NCBI GenBank assembly: GCA_051382335.1 | Contig: JBBCAX010000123.1 | Coordinates: 1-31,356 of the forward strand | DNA length: 31,356 bases | Source of the DNA: Deltaproteobacteria bacterium TL4 | GTDB taxonomy: Bacteria; SAR324; NAC60-12 | Reading direction: 5' to 3' | In this document: positions 1 to 7,942 of the stretch, one piece after another | How positions within the stretch are numbered: the first letter of the stretch is position 1 | How the letters are laid out: the number at the start of each line of letters is the position of its first letter | The notes under the pieces: generated by a model | The model's database searches: none | What the model was told of the DNA's origin: nothing | What the model saw: the letters and a program-made list of their open reading frames with translations, nothing else | Position numbers and translations under genes: made by a program

Positions 1-65
1 TAAACCCTTTGCCTGGGATATCCAAATTTATTTATGAAGAGAGTGAGTATTTTTAATACTCATTA

Positions 66-127
66 GGTGGTCCTGAATAGGTGGGATTTTTTTCTCAAAA
101 GTGGTCCTAGATAGGTGGGACGTAGCA
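66..127. mobile_element. Probable terminal end of an IS21-like/Mu-type DDE element; the body would lie left of the window
   Basis: Two 20-bp direct repeats, GTGGTCCTGAATAGGTGGGA (67-86) and GTGGTCCTAGATAGGTGGGA (101-120), are followed by a terminal ...CGTAGCA (TG on the reverse strand). Repeated binding sites plus a TG..CA end are typical of IS21-family ends. No transposase is in the window. Confidence 0.45.
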
Positions 128-194
128 CCGGCTAACACCTCCTACTTTGAATAGCTGTCCCGGCTTCAGTGAGTAGCCTATCAAACTAGCACCA

Positions 195-342
195 CTAGGA
201 GACTGTCCGAGAATAGAAGTTGAGCATAAGTAGGGTGCCGCTTAAGCGAAGCGAGCGCACCAAAAATAAGAGGACAGCAAGCTTTTTGGTGCGCTCGCTT
301 CGCTTAAGCACACCCTACATCCATTCTCGGACAGCCGCCTAG
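195..342. mobile_element. MITE-like element: outer TIRs bounded by CTAG enclosing a GTAG-type REP doublet (copy 1)
   Basis: Left end CTAGGAGACTGTCCGAGAAT (195-214) and right end ATTCTCGGACAGCCGCCTAG (323-342) match at 18/20 as an inverted repeat. Inner palindrome 230-318 has ~36-37 nt arms starting GTAGGGTG. A second copy lies at 14398-14521. Confidence 0.8.
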
Positions 343-369
343 TTAATAAGAATAAAAATTATATAGCGA

Positions 370-1452
370 TTAAATGTCGTAGGTGTTTGGTATGTAACAG
401 GAGTGACTTAACCGATAGAGTAAATAATCAAAGGAATTTTTTAGTAAATCGCCAAGTAAAGGGGAACGGGTACCAAAACCATAGAAGTCAATAAACTGTT
501 TGTTTAAATCATCAAAGGTATAACTTTTATACATGGGATGCTTTAAGATCTCAAACAGGAGGTTGATGTGCTGGTAGTTATCCAAATAGATATTCGCCAA
601 ACGCTCTTCCTCTTCTCGAATGAAGACTTTTCTGGCACTTTCGGGAAAGCATTCCACAATCGCCAGGTCCAAAAGATTCACTTCCGGTGAATTTTTGTCG
701 GGATTTTCCTTGGGCACAATGAGACGGGTTTCAGAAAGTTTCTCAGGAAAAAACGCTCGATCAAAATCAATAGGGATGATTTGCCACCGTGCGTCCAAAT
801 CTTTATTCATCACTCTTCGTGTGACAAAGTTTTTAGGGTACATATCCGAAAGTAACATCAGGCGGGTTTCTACATTACACCGGATGGCTTCTCTTAGAAA
901 CATGGGTTCATGTAAGAGTTCTTCCATTCTGCCTTTTGGAAGTTGGCTGGAGATAGTTCCCAGAGCTTCAGTGGTGATCAATAAATGATCATTCGCCCAC
1001 ATGTTGTAGAGATAAAGCGAGAATGTTTTATAAAGAAAGGAACAGATCAACCTGGGGTTGGTTTCTGAACTTTTTTTGATGTAAAACGTTTTTCGAAAGG
1101 ATTGCGTATTGGGTAACTCCGGATGTTTCAGACAAACCCTGATCGGCTTGGTTCTACCTTCTATCATGATGGAAACATCATCTACAACGTATTCCATCAT
1201 CACCGAATTATCTTCATTAAACGGTGAATACAGAGCGGCAGCCATGTGCCTGATCATTCCGTTAAACTCATCAAGATCCTCAGGAGCAATTTGATAATGC
1301 TTATTGTGGAATTGCGGTTCCTGGTCTGCCGGTTGAGTCTCCTGATATTCATGAGTTAAAAAACGGACAAGGGTATTGTAACTCCACTCGTAGCTTCCTC
1401 GATAGTACGCTCTGAAATAATGTTTCAAGGAGGGGATTTTTGTTGATGACAT
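370..1452 (-). CDS. Hypothetical protein with atypical kinase-like (PI3/4-kinase/HipA-like) motifs
   Basis: 360-aa ORF with KPIRV...FYIKK (beta-3 Lys), LLSDMYPKNFV (DxxxxN catalytic loop) and IIPIDFD (DFG equivalent) in kinase order. Confidence 0.6.
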   Translation of the reverse strand: MSSTKIPSLKHYFRAYYRGSYEWSYNTLVRFLTHEYQETQPADQEPQFHNKHYQIAPEDLDEFNGMIRHMAAALYSPFNEDNSVMMEYVVDDVSIMIEGRTKPIRVCLKHPELPNTQSFRKTFYIKKSSETNPRLICSFLYKTFSLYLYNMWANDHLLITTEALGTISSQLPKGRMEELLHEPMFLREAIRCNVETRLMLLSDMYPKNFVTRRVMNKDLDARWQIIPIDFDRAFFPEKLSETRLIVPKENPDKNSPEVNLLDLAIVECFPESARKVFIREEEERLANIYLDNYQHINLLFEILKHPMYKSYTFDDLNKQFIDFYGFGTRSPLLGDLLKNSFDYLLYRLSHSCYIPNTYDI

Positions 1453-1538
1453 TGTGCCTATTAATTAGTATCTGCTGTTGTTGAAGGCTTTACTCAGGAA
1501 TTCTCTCAAACTCAAGAATCGATTGCCCCAAGTTGTGC

Positions 1539-1567
1539 ATGACATTCCTTTATAATTACGCTATAAC
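1539..1567 (+). promoter_or_regulatory. Candidate sigma70 promoter for the acyltransferase
   Basis: ATGACA (1539-1544), 17-nt spacer, TATAAC (1562-1567), about 40 nt upstream of ATG 1605. Confidence 0.45.
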
Positions 1568-1604
1568 AAAGGAAACACAGGAAACAAAGGAAAAAAGGAA
1601 TATT

Positions 1605-2423
1605 ATGAACTACGGAAAAATAATGAAAAGCATGATTTCCACAACGGTGGAGGAGCAAGTGAATCGTGTCCCTAAAGCGGTAGGGAGTTTTGGCTACGAC
1701 CCTTGGGGTTATCATGAAGATTACTGGAAATACGCGCTGACGATGAGCAAGTGGCTTTATGAAAAATATTTTCGTGTTGAAACCTTTGGGCTTGAAAACA
1801 TTCCAGCGCAAGGGAGGGTACTGGTCATCGCGAATCACGCGGGACAATTCTTTCCAGCAGACGGCTTGATGATCGCGACGGCAGTCGCCATGAGTCCTCA
1901 GGGTCCCAGACTTGTCCGTGGGATGATTGAACGATTCTTTCCTGTGGCTCCCTTTCTGGGGAATTGGGTCAATCGCACAGGAAGTGTTCTGGGGGACCCC
2001 TTTAATTGTAAAAAAATGTTGGAGAATGATGAAGCTGTTATGGTGTTCCCTGAAGGGGAACGTGGCGCGATTAAAGCGTGGAAGTACCGCTATCAGCTCC
2101 AACGGATGGGAACCGGCTTTGTGCGTATGGCGATCGAAACCCGGACGCCGATTGTTCCTGTAGGCGTCATTGGCACCGAAGAAGCGACACCAGGGTTAGG
2201 CAGAGGAGAGAAAATTGGAAAATTATTAAACACACCTCCCTTCCCTTTTGCCATCCCCGTCATCCTGCCTGTAAAAATCCGTCTCCACTTTGGAAAGCCG
2301 ATGCACATGAAAGGCAATTTAGACAGTGAGGAGGAGATGGTTGTGCTGGCCAAGCAGGTCAGAACCGAAATGGAGCGTTTGATACAAGAGGGTCTGCACG
2401 AGAGACAAAGTGTCTTTTTCTAG
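1605..2423 (+). CDS. Lysophospholipid acyltransferase (PlsC/LPLAT, DGAT-like)
   Basis: VIANHAG...DG, VFPEG, GFVRMAIETRTPIVPVGVIG motifs. Start moved to ATG 1605 behind an AAGGAA RBS; the ORF track starts at 1533. Confidence 0.9.
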   Translation: MNYGKIMKSMISTTVEEQVNRVPKAVGSFGYDPWGYHEDYWKYALTMSKWLYEKYFRVETFGLENIPAQGRVLVIANHAGQFFPADGLMIATAVAMSPQGPRLVRGMIERFFPVAPFLGNWVNRTGSVLGDPFNCKKMLENDEAVMVFPEGERGAIKAWKYRYQLQRMGTGFVRMAIETRTPIVPVGVIGTEEATPGLGRGEKIGKLLNTPPFPFAIPVILPVKIRLHFGKPMHMKGNLDSEEEMVVLAKQVRTEMERLIQEGLHERQSVFF

Positions 2424-2446
2424 GAGCTGCCAGCCAATTCAAATTT

Positions 2447-2511
2447 GCAGGGTGGGCATCGCCCACCAGCTTAAAAAACTCGAAATTTCTTGGTGGGTCC
2501 GGTTCACCTAC
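2447..2511. repeat. Degenerate REP doublet between convergent genes
   Basis: GCAGGGTGGGCATCGCCCACC hairpin, a spacer, then an inverted degenerate partner GGTGGGTCCGGTTCACCTAC (GTAG on the minus strand). Confidence 0.55.
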
Positions 2512-2529
2512 GATCTTTTTATTTTACGG

Positions 2530-2937
2530 CTAACTGAGGGGGATTTGTAGGATATCGATATATTGTTCTTCATCGAGCCGAAAAATTCCTTCAATCTCAG
2601 AGGGGATATGAACTTGTACTTTTTCGGGATCAAGACCCAGTACAATATAATTTTCGACATCAATTCTGAGAAAATAGAAAATAATCAAGGATTCTTGCAT
2701 TTCCTCATAATAGAACCCGATTTTCAGCACTTCAGCCTCAATCAAGTCCGCCAAGGTTTCCCTGTATTCCTCCATAGCGTGACCAGGAATCTGCTCAAAA
2801 GCCTCCCGATAAGGGAAGGTATCAATGGCATATTCCAAAATAGCTTCCTCCAAACCATCTTCAAGAGAACAATGTTCTAAGTCATCCTCTTCCAGCAATC
2901 CCTCACTCACCGTCGAGATATTCGACATCGCTTTCAT
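2530..2937 (-). CDS. Hypothetical acidic protein
   Basis: 135-aa ORF with an AAGGGG RBS, very Glu/Asp rich, downstream of nadD. No recognised motif. Confidence 0.7.
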   Translation of the reverse strand: MKAMSNISTVSEGLLEEDDLEHCSLEDGLEEAILEYAIDTFPYREAFEQIPGHAMEEYRETLADLIEAEVLKIGFYYEEMQESLIIFYFLRIDVENYIVLGLDPEKVQVHIPSEIEGIFRLDEEQYIDILQIPLS

Positions 2938-3092
2938 AATCTACCCCTTGTATCAACTTGCGAGGAAAACGTATTTCCACATTGTTCGAGAATAAATAGA
3001 GTCCCAAAAATTTCAACACTTTCACCCTTTCTCCCCTCAATGGGTTTAAAACATAATAATTTTAAAAAGTGAAGAAAAATATCACAGTTTTA

Positions 3093-3785
3093 TCAGGAAT
3101 GTTGTTGCTGATAGTTTTCATAGCAGGACCGCGCGTTTTCTGGAATCCACTCCACACTTTGAAGCCCTTCCCTGATGGCTGTCGAAGATACATGAGGCGG
3201 TGAGAAATCCATGAAGCGTAAAAGTTCTCGATTTCCCTGGTACAAAACTTGCTGCTGTTTACTCCAGACCAAAGAAGCAAACCACTGATTGATTTTCCTC
3301 AGCGTATCAGAAGTATGAATTTCTTCAATAGAATTTTGCTGAGGACGACGAATAATCCAAAGCGATGCCATTTCCAAAATTTGTTTGGGGGCTTTCCACT
3401 GATGAAACGCAAGGAAGTTGTCGAGTCCAATGACCAAATGCCAATGTGCGGCGGGGGACTGGGAAACAAGGGTTTTGAGCGTTGTATGCGTGTAACTGAC
3501 GTTGGGTTGCTGGAGTTCCAGGTCCGAAACCGTAACGTGTTCCCAGCCCTTAAAAGTCTGAGAGACCATGTCCCAACGCAAGTGCTTTGGTAACAAAGAG
3601 TCCTGAGCTTTTAACGGAGAGCATTGTGTAGGCATAATGATGACTTCGCTTACGGAGGAAGCGCTCAACAAATAACGAACGATCGCAACATGCCCCAAAT
3701 GAATGGGGTTAAAGCTTCCCCCGAAAAGTGCGTAATGCGCTGTGGTTAATTCGGTGTCTTGCTTTGTTAGCTCGTTTTTTAGCAT
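3093..3785 (-). CDS. nadD: Nicotinate-nucleotide adenylyltransferase
   Basis: ALFGGSFNPIHLGH, SYTHTTL, IGLDN...W and VSSTAIR motifs. Confidence 0.93.
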   Translation of the reverse strand: MLKNELTKQDTELTTAHYALFGGSFNPIHLGHVAIVRYLLSASSVSEVIIMPTQCSPLKAQDSLLPKHLRWDMVSQTFKGWEHVTVSDLELQQPNVSYTHTTLKTLVSQSPAAHWHLVIGLDNFLAFHQWKAPKQILEMASLWIIRRPQQNSIEEIHTSDTLRKINQWFASLVWSKQQQVLYQGNRELLRFMDFSPPHVSSTAIREGLQSVEWIPENARSCYENYQQQHS

Positions 3786-3873
3786 GGGTTATGGTAGTTT
3801 GGACAATCGGTTAAAAAGTGCAAAACTAGACATTTCAGTATGGATAATGCGATCTATGAATAAAGAGGGCATC

Positions 3874-5187
3874 GTGGCGATAGTTTCAAAATACGTGAAG
3901 ATGATGACGCGTGCCAGTCTATTTGTGTTGCTGTGGTTGTTTTTAACAGGGCAGTCTCATCGAGGCAGGCGCATTGATGTCAACCTCACTCTGGATAATC
4001 TTTGGCAAGCGCCTTCTATGCCTGCCCAAATTCCACCCAGTTTTTATTTCCTTTTAGCGATTGTCCTTTTAGTAACAGGATGCGGAGCCTATTTTATTTT
4101 CCGACTTCGAAAACAAAAAGCGGAACAGCAATACACCAAAATTGCGGAAGAAAAAGCAAACATGCAGTTGGAAATGAAGCTCTCCCGCATGAACCTCAAG
4201 CCCGAGACGATGGCTTTTTTGGAAACCCTGTTAGCGTCCTCCAACCCTCGGGACATTCTGCCCATAGTTCAGTCTGTTGAAAGCTTTGAAGCAAAAGTGA
4301 CGGAGTATAAAAAAACGCATAAAGAAGCGAAGCTGTTTAAACAAATTTTTGACCTCAGACTTAAGCTGGGGTATGAATTTAAAAACCGAACAGTTCCTTT
4401 TGTTTGTACGCAAATGCTCTCACCGGAACTTAAATTAGAATGTCGAATTCCACATCCCGAAAAACGCATCGTCTTTATGACTCCCATTATTGATGTGGGA
4501 GAAACCCGTTTGTTGATCAAACCGCCTACGATCAAAGGGAAACCTGTCAATTTGAAACGTTTTCCAAAGTTGGTTTTTACGATTCTTAGAGAAGAAGATG
4601 CGGAATATGAATTCACGCTTCCAGTCGTCAATCAGGTGTCAGACAAATTAGATGCGGTGATTCTTGGGCATTCGTCAACTATTTCAAAAATGTTTATCCG
4701 AGAGGCTGAGCGAATTCCCATGAATATGGCGACAACGTTTTACCATCTTTCTGAGGCACAGTTAGGCGTCCACGAAAAATCATCAGAACTCCCCGCGGGA
4801 GAACCCCCGTTTAAGGGGAGGATTGAGGACATGAGTTCGGGCGGCTTAAAAGTTGTAGCCTCACAAATCTCTGTCCAGCTCAGAGCCGGAGATTATCTTG
4901 CGTTTCATTTGGAGGGGGCCAATCTGCGTGAGAACTTGATTGCCAGAATCGCGGCCATTCGATCATCGAATGGGGAAACCCTGCTCAATTGTCAATTTGT
5001 GAAAATGCGAGATATTGTCCGCATGAAAATCAATAAATTTTTACATCGCATCAAAAAACAAGGCACCCAAAAATTGAGGCCCTCCCCTGAAGTTTCGGCA
5101 CCGCCGTTGTCTTCAGGGGCCTCTAAACAAGACCGTAACGCCGCTGTCCTGAAATCCGAAGAGCGAAAAGCTCTGTTAGAACACTAA
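3874..5187 (+). CDS. Membrane-anchored PilZ-domain (YcgR/flagellar-brake-like) c-di-GMP receptor
   Basis: TM segment FYFLLAIVLLVTGCGAYFIF plus RxxxR (REAER) and DxSxxG (DMSSGG) PilZ motifs. Start is uncertain: GTG 3874 has a GAGGG RBS; ATG 3856 or 3901 are alternatives; the ORF-track start at 3742 overlaps nadD. Confidence 0.8.
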   Translation: MAIVSKYVKMMTRASLFVLLWLFLTGQSHRGRRIDVNLTLDNLWQAPSMPAQIPPSFYFLLAIVLLVTGCGAYFIFRLRKQKAEQQYTKIAEEKANMQLEMKLSRMNLKPETMAFLETLLASSNPRDILPIVQSVESFEAKVTEYKKTHKEAKLFKQIFDLRLKLGYEFKNRTVPFVCTQMLSPELKLECRIPHPEKRIVFMTPIIDVGETRLLIKPPTIKGKPVNLKRFPKLVFTILREEDAEYEFTLPVVNQVSDKLDAVILGHSSTISKMFIREAERIPMNMATTFYHLSEAQLGVHEKSSELPAGEPPFKGRIEDMSSGGLKVVASQISVQLRAGDYLAFHLEGANLRENLIARIAAIRSSNGETLLNCQFVKMRDIVRMKINKFLHRIKKQGTQKLRPSPEVSAPPLSSGASKQDRNAAVLKSEERKALLEH

Positions 5188-6480
5188 TCACGCATAGTGA
5201 ACGTCAGCAAAACGGCGCCGTAACTTCAACACGTTCTCTTTTACCGTCTGGCCTTCAAATACAGCTTTGAACAGTGAGGCGACTTCGCCCATTTCCGCTT
5301 CTTTCAGGCCAAAGCGTGTTAGTTCCTGCACACCGATACGTAATCCGGAAGGGTTTCTCGCGTCCTTGTCGCCAGGGAGCATGTTGTAGTTAACAATGAT
5401 ATTGCTTTCCGCCAACTTCTGCGCAATAGCAATCGCGGCGCCATAGGATGAAACGTTAAGGGCAATTTGATGGCTTTTCGTGAAACCAAATTCTTTGGCT
5501 TCTACCTTCACCCCTTCCTCGTCAAAGGCCTTTCCTAAGGCTTGAGCATTCGCGACGATTTGAGCGGCATAAGCCTTTCCAAACTGTTTCATTTCCCGAA
5601 GGGTGACCAATAACCCTGGCAACGTGTGCAAGTGGTGATTGCTGGACGAACCGGGCATGATGCCACGGTCGATGCTGGTCCACCAACTTAATTCTTGTTC
5701 CGTTTTCAAATTCCCCAACACGACGCCCCGCTGAGGGCCAGGAAACGTTTTATGGGTACTGGCGGTCATCAAATGCGCCCCTTCTTTGAAAGGGTTTTGA
5801 AATTGCCCGCCAAGAATCAAACCCAGCACATGGGCTGCATCAAACAGCACAGGAATATTTTTTGCCCGACAGACCTCCGCAATCTCCTTTACAGGCTCAG
5901 GGAAGAGAAATAAACTCTTTCCCAACACGACCATTGTGGGCGAAGTTTTTTCAACCAGATCCACACTCTTTGCGGCGTCAATATGATATCCGTCTGCGGT
6001 AGTAGGCCAGAAGTGTAAAGCAATGGAATTTTCTTTTCCCAAAGTTAACACTTTTCCCCGGACTTGAATCCTGCGGCCAAAAACACCAATGGGATTATGA
6101 CTGATGTGACCTCCGGCATCGATGGAATTCGCAATCATCGTATCCCCTCCGCGAAGCAGACTGAGCGCTACAGCGGTATTTGCCGCATTCCCGCTGATAG
6201 GGCGAACGTCCGCTTGTTTGCATTGGGCTAATTCGATAAACTCCCGAGTTGCCATACTTTCAATCTGATCAATATAATCCGTACCTTCATAATAACGGTT
6301 CCTGGTTTCTTGAGTATTGGGATGCCCTTCAGCATATCGGCCCATAAAATCATTGGCTTCAATTTGGCGTACCGCGGGGGATTGAGAATTCTCACTGGCG
6401 ATCATGTTCAACGTTTCTTTTCCACGCCACTGATTTTGTTTTTCTACAATTTTCAAAACATCGGAAATATCAACAGACAT
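5188..6480 (-). CDS. glyA: Serine hydroxymethyltransferase, archaeal-type sequence
   Basis: MIASEN, RYAEG...RYYEG, GGHISH, DAAH, STHKT (PLP Lys) and PSGLRIG motifs. Confidence 0.9.
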   Translation of the reverse strand: MSVDISDVLKIVEKQNQWRGKETLNMIASENSQSPAVRQIEANDFMGRYAEGHPNTQETRNRYYEGTDYIDQIESMATREFIELAQCKQADVRPISGNAANTAVALSLLRGGDTMIANSIDAGGHISHNPIGVFGRRIQVRGKVLTLGKENSIALHFWPTTADGYHIDAAKSVDLVEKTSPTMVVLGKSLFLFPEPVKEIAEVCRAKNIPVLFDAAHVLGLILGGQFQNPFKEGAHLMTASTHKTFPGPQRGVVLGNLKTEQELSWWTSIDRGIMPGSSSNHHLHTLPGLLVTLREMKQFGKAYAAQIVANAQALGKAFDEEGVKVEAKEFGFTKSHQIALNVSSYGAAIAIAQKLAESNIIVNYNMLPGDKDARNPSGLRIGVQELTRFGLKEAEMGEVASLFKAVFEGQTVKENVLKLRRRFADVHYA

Positions 6481-6529
6481 ACTTTTTCTCCAATTAAAAG
6501 GTGATCAAAACACATATTTTCCGCCTTTG

Positions 6530-7933
6530 TCAGTACTCTGGCAAAAAGACGAGTCGGGCCCCAACTTTTTCAATAACGGCTTGCTCTCGTAGGGTCTGTT
6601 TACGAAAACGCTCTCCTTTGACAACCAGGGATGGCTGAATTTTTTGAATCAATTCGTTGGTGTTCGGAGCATCGAAAATGAGAACTCGATCCACACTTTC
6701 AAGCGAGGCCAGCAGAGAGGCTCGTTCCTGCTCATTCAATAAAGGGGCGTGCCCTTTCTGGGCCGCAATGGATTTGTCGCTGTTAATCGCAACAATGTTA
6801 AACCCCTTCAGTTCACGGAGTTGCTGTAAAAATTTTAAATGACCCGCAGAAATGTTATCAAAATAACCATTGGTGAACACAATAGGTCGGGAAATGGTGC
6901 GTAATTCACTCAGTAAGGACTCAAGTCTCACAATTTTACTGGATCGGTAACCGAATTCAAAGCGATGCAAGAGTTCCTGTTTCGTAAAAGAGACAACCCC
7001 CACATGCAGAATTTCCATACTTGCGGCCAAATTAGCCCAGTAAACCGCGTGTTCTATGGGGGCGTTACTCGCCATCATTACGGCCGTCACACTCACAACC
7101 ATATCACCGGCTCCTACGACGTCAAAAACCTCGACACTGTCCGCGTCAAAAAAAGTGAAATGCTCCGCGTTCTCAAACAGCAACAGCCCTTCTCGATCCA
7201 GGCTGATTAACACATACTTGAGCTTTATTTGTTCTTTAAGCTGCTGAGCCGCTTTCAAGATACTGTCTTTGGAGGTTAACTTAAAACCAACAGCTTGCTC
7301 TGTCTCTTTACGGTTGGGTTTGATCAGGGTAAAATTTCGATATCTTGAATAATCTGTCCCAGGATAGGGATCCACAATCACAGGCACCTGGTGCCGCTGT
7401 CCCAACTGGGCCAGGGTGTTCAGCATTCCCACGTCGAGCAAACCTTTGCCATAGTCCGAGACAACAATCAAATCGATATTGGGAATCCTTGCCTGTAAAA
7501 ACAAACGAATCGGATCCTTTTCTGGGATAATCCGTTCGGTGGGCGGATCAAAATCCATGCGAAGCAGATGGTTATGGCCTGAGATCAAACGATGTTTTAA
7601 AATGGTGGGGGAGGATTTTGAAACAAAGACCCCCGAAGCTTCGATTTTCAAATCCTTCAGCAACTGCAGCACATCCTGTCCTGCTGCATCAGGGCCGATC
7701 AGCCCACAGGCGGTCACTTGAGCCTCAAGTGTCGCCAAATTAGTCATCACATTGGCCGCACCGCCAAGACGTTGATTTTCACGTTCAACTTTCAAGATGG
7801 GAACCGGCGCTTCAGGAGAGATCCGTTCCACGCTCCCCCACGAATACCGGTCCAGCATGATATCTCCGATAACCAGAATCCGGGGCGCTTGGACTTGTTC
7901 CAGGGATTGTTTGAGTAAGTGGCGATCCTGCAT
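6530..7933 (-). CDS. hldE: Bifunctional heptose-7-phosphate kinase / heptose-1-phosphate adenylyltransferase (C-terminal domain divergent)
   Basis: GDIMLDRY, RISPEAPVP, GGAANV, SDYGKG and GAGD kinase motifs, followed by an FTNGxFD cytidylyltransferase-like domain. Confidence 0.9.
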   Translation of the reverse strand: MQDRHLLKQSLEQVQAPRILVIGDIMLDRYSWGSVERISPEAPVPILKVERENQRLGGAANVMTNLATLEAQVTACGLIGPDAAGQDVLQLLKDLKIEASGVFVSKSSPTILKHRLISGHNHLLRMDFDPPTERIIPEKDPIRLFLQARIPNIDLIVVSDYGKGLLDVGMLNTLAQLGQRHQVPVIVDPYPGTDYSRYRNFTLIKPNRKETEQAVGFKLTSKDSILKAAQQLKEQIKLKYVLISLDREGLLLFENAEHFTFFDADSVEVFDVVGAGDMVVSVTAVMMASNAPIEHAVYWANLAASMEILHVGVVSFTKQELLHRFEFGYRSSKIVRLESLLSELRTISRPIVFTNGYFDNISAGHLKFLQQLRELKGFNIVAINSDKSIAAQKGHAPLLNEQERASLLASLESVDRVLIFDAPNTNELIQKIQPSLVVKGERFRKQTLREQAVIEKVGARLVFLPEY

Positions 7934-7942
7934 ACAACTTTT

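Noticed and set aside
66..120. Direct repeats as a possible CRISPR array
   Set aside because: Only two 20-bp repeats with a 14-nt gap and no cas genes; they fit a transposon end better.
1512..2102. 196-aa minus-strand ORF
   Set aside because: Antisense to the acyltransferase, with no motif.
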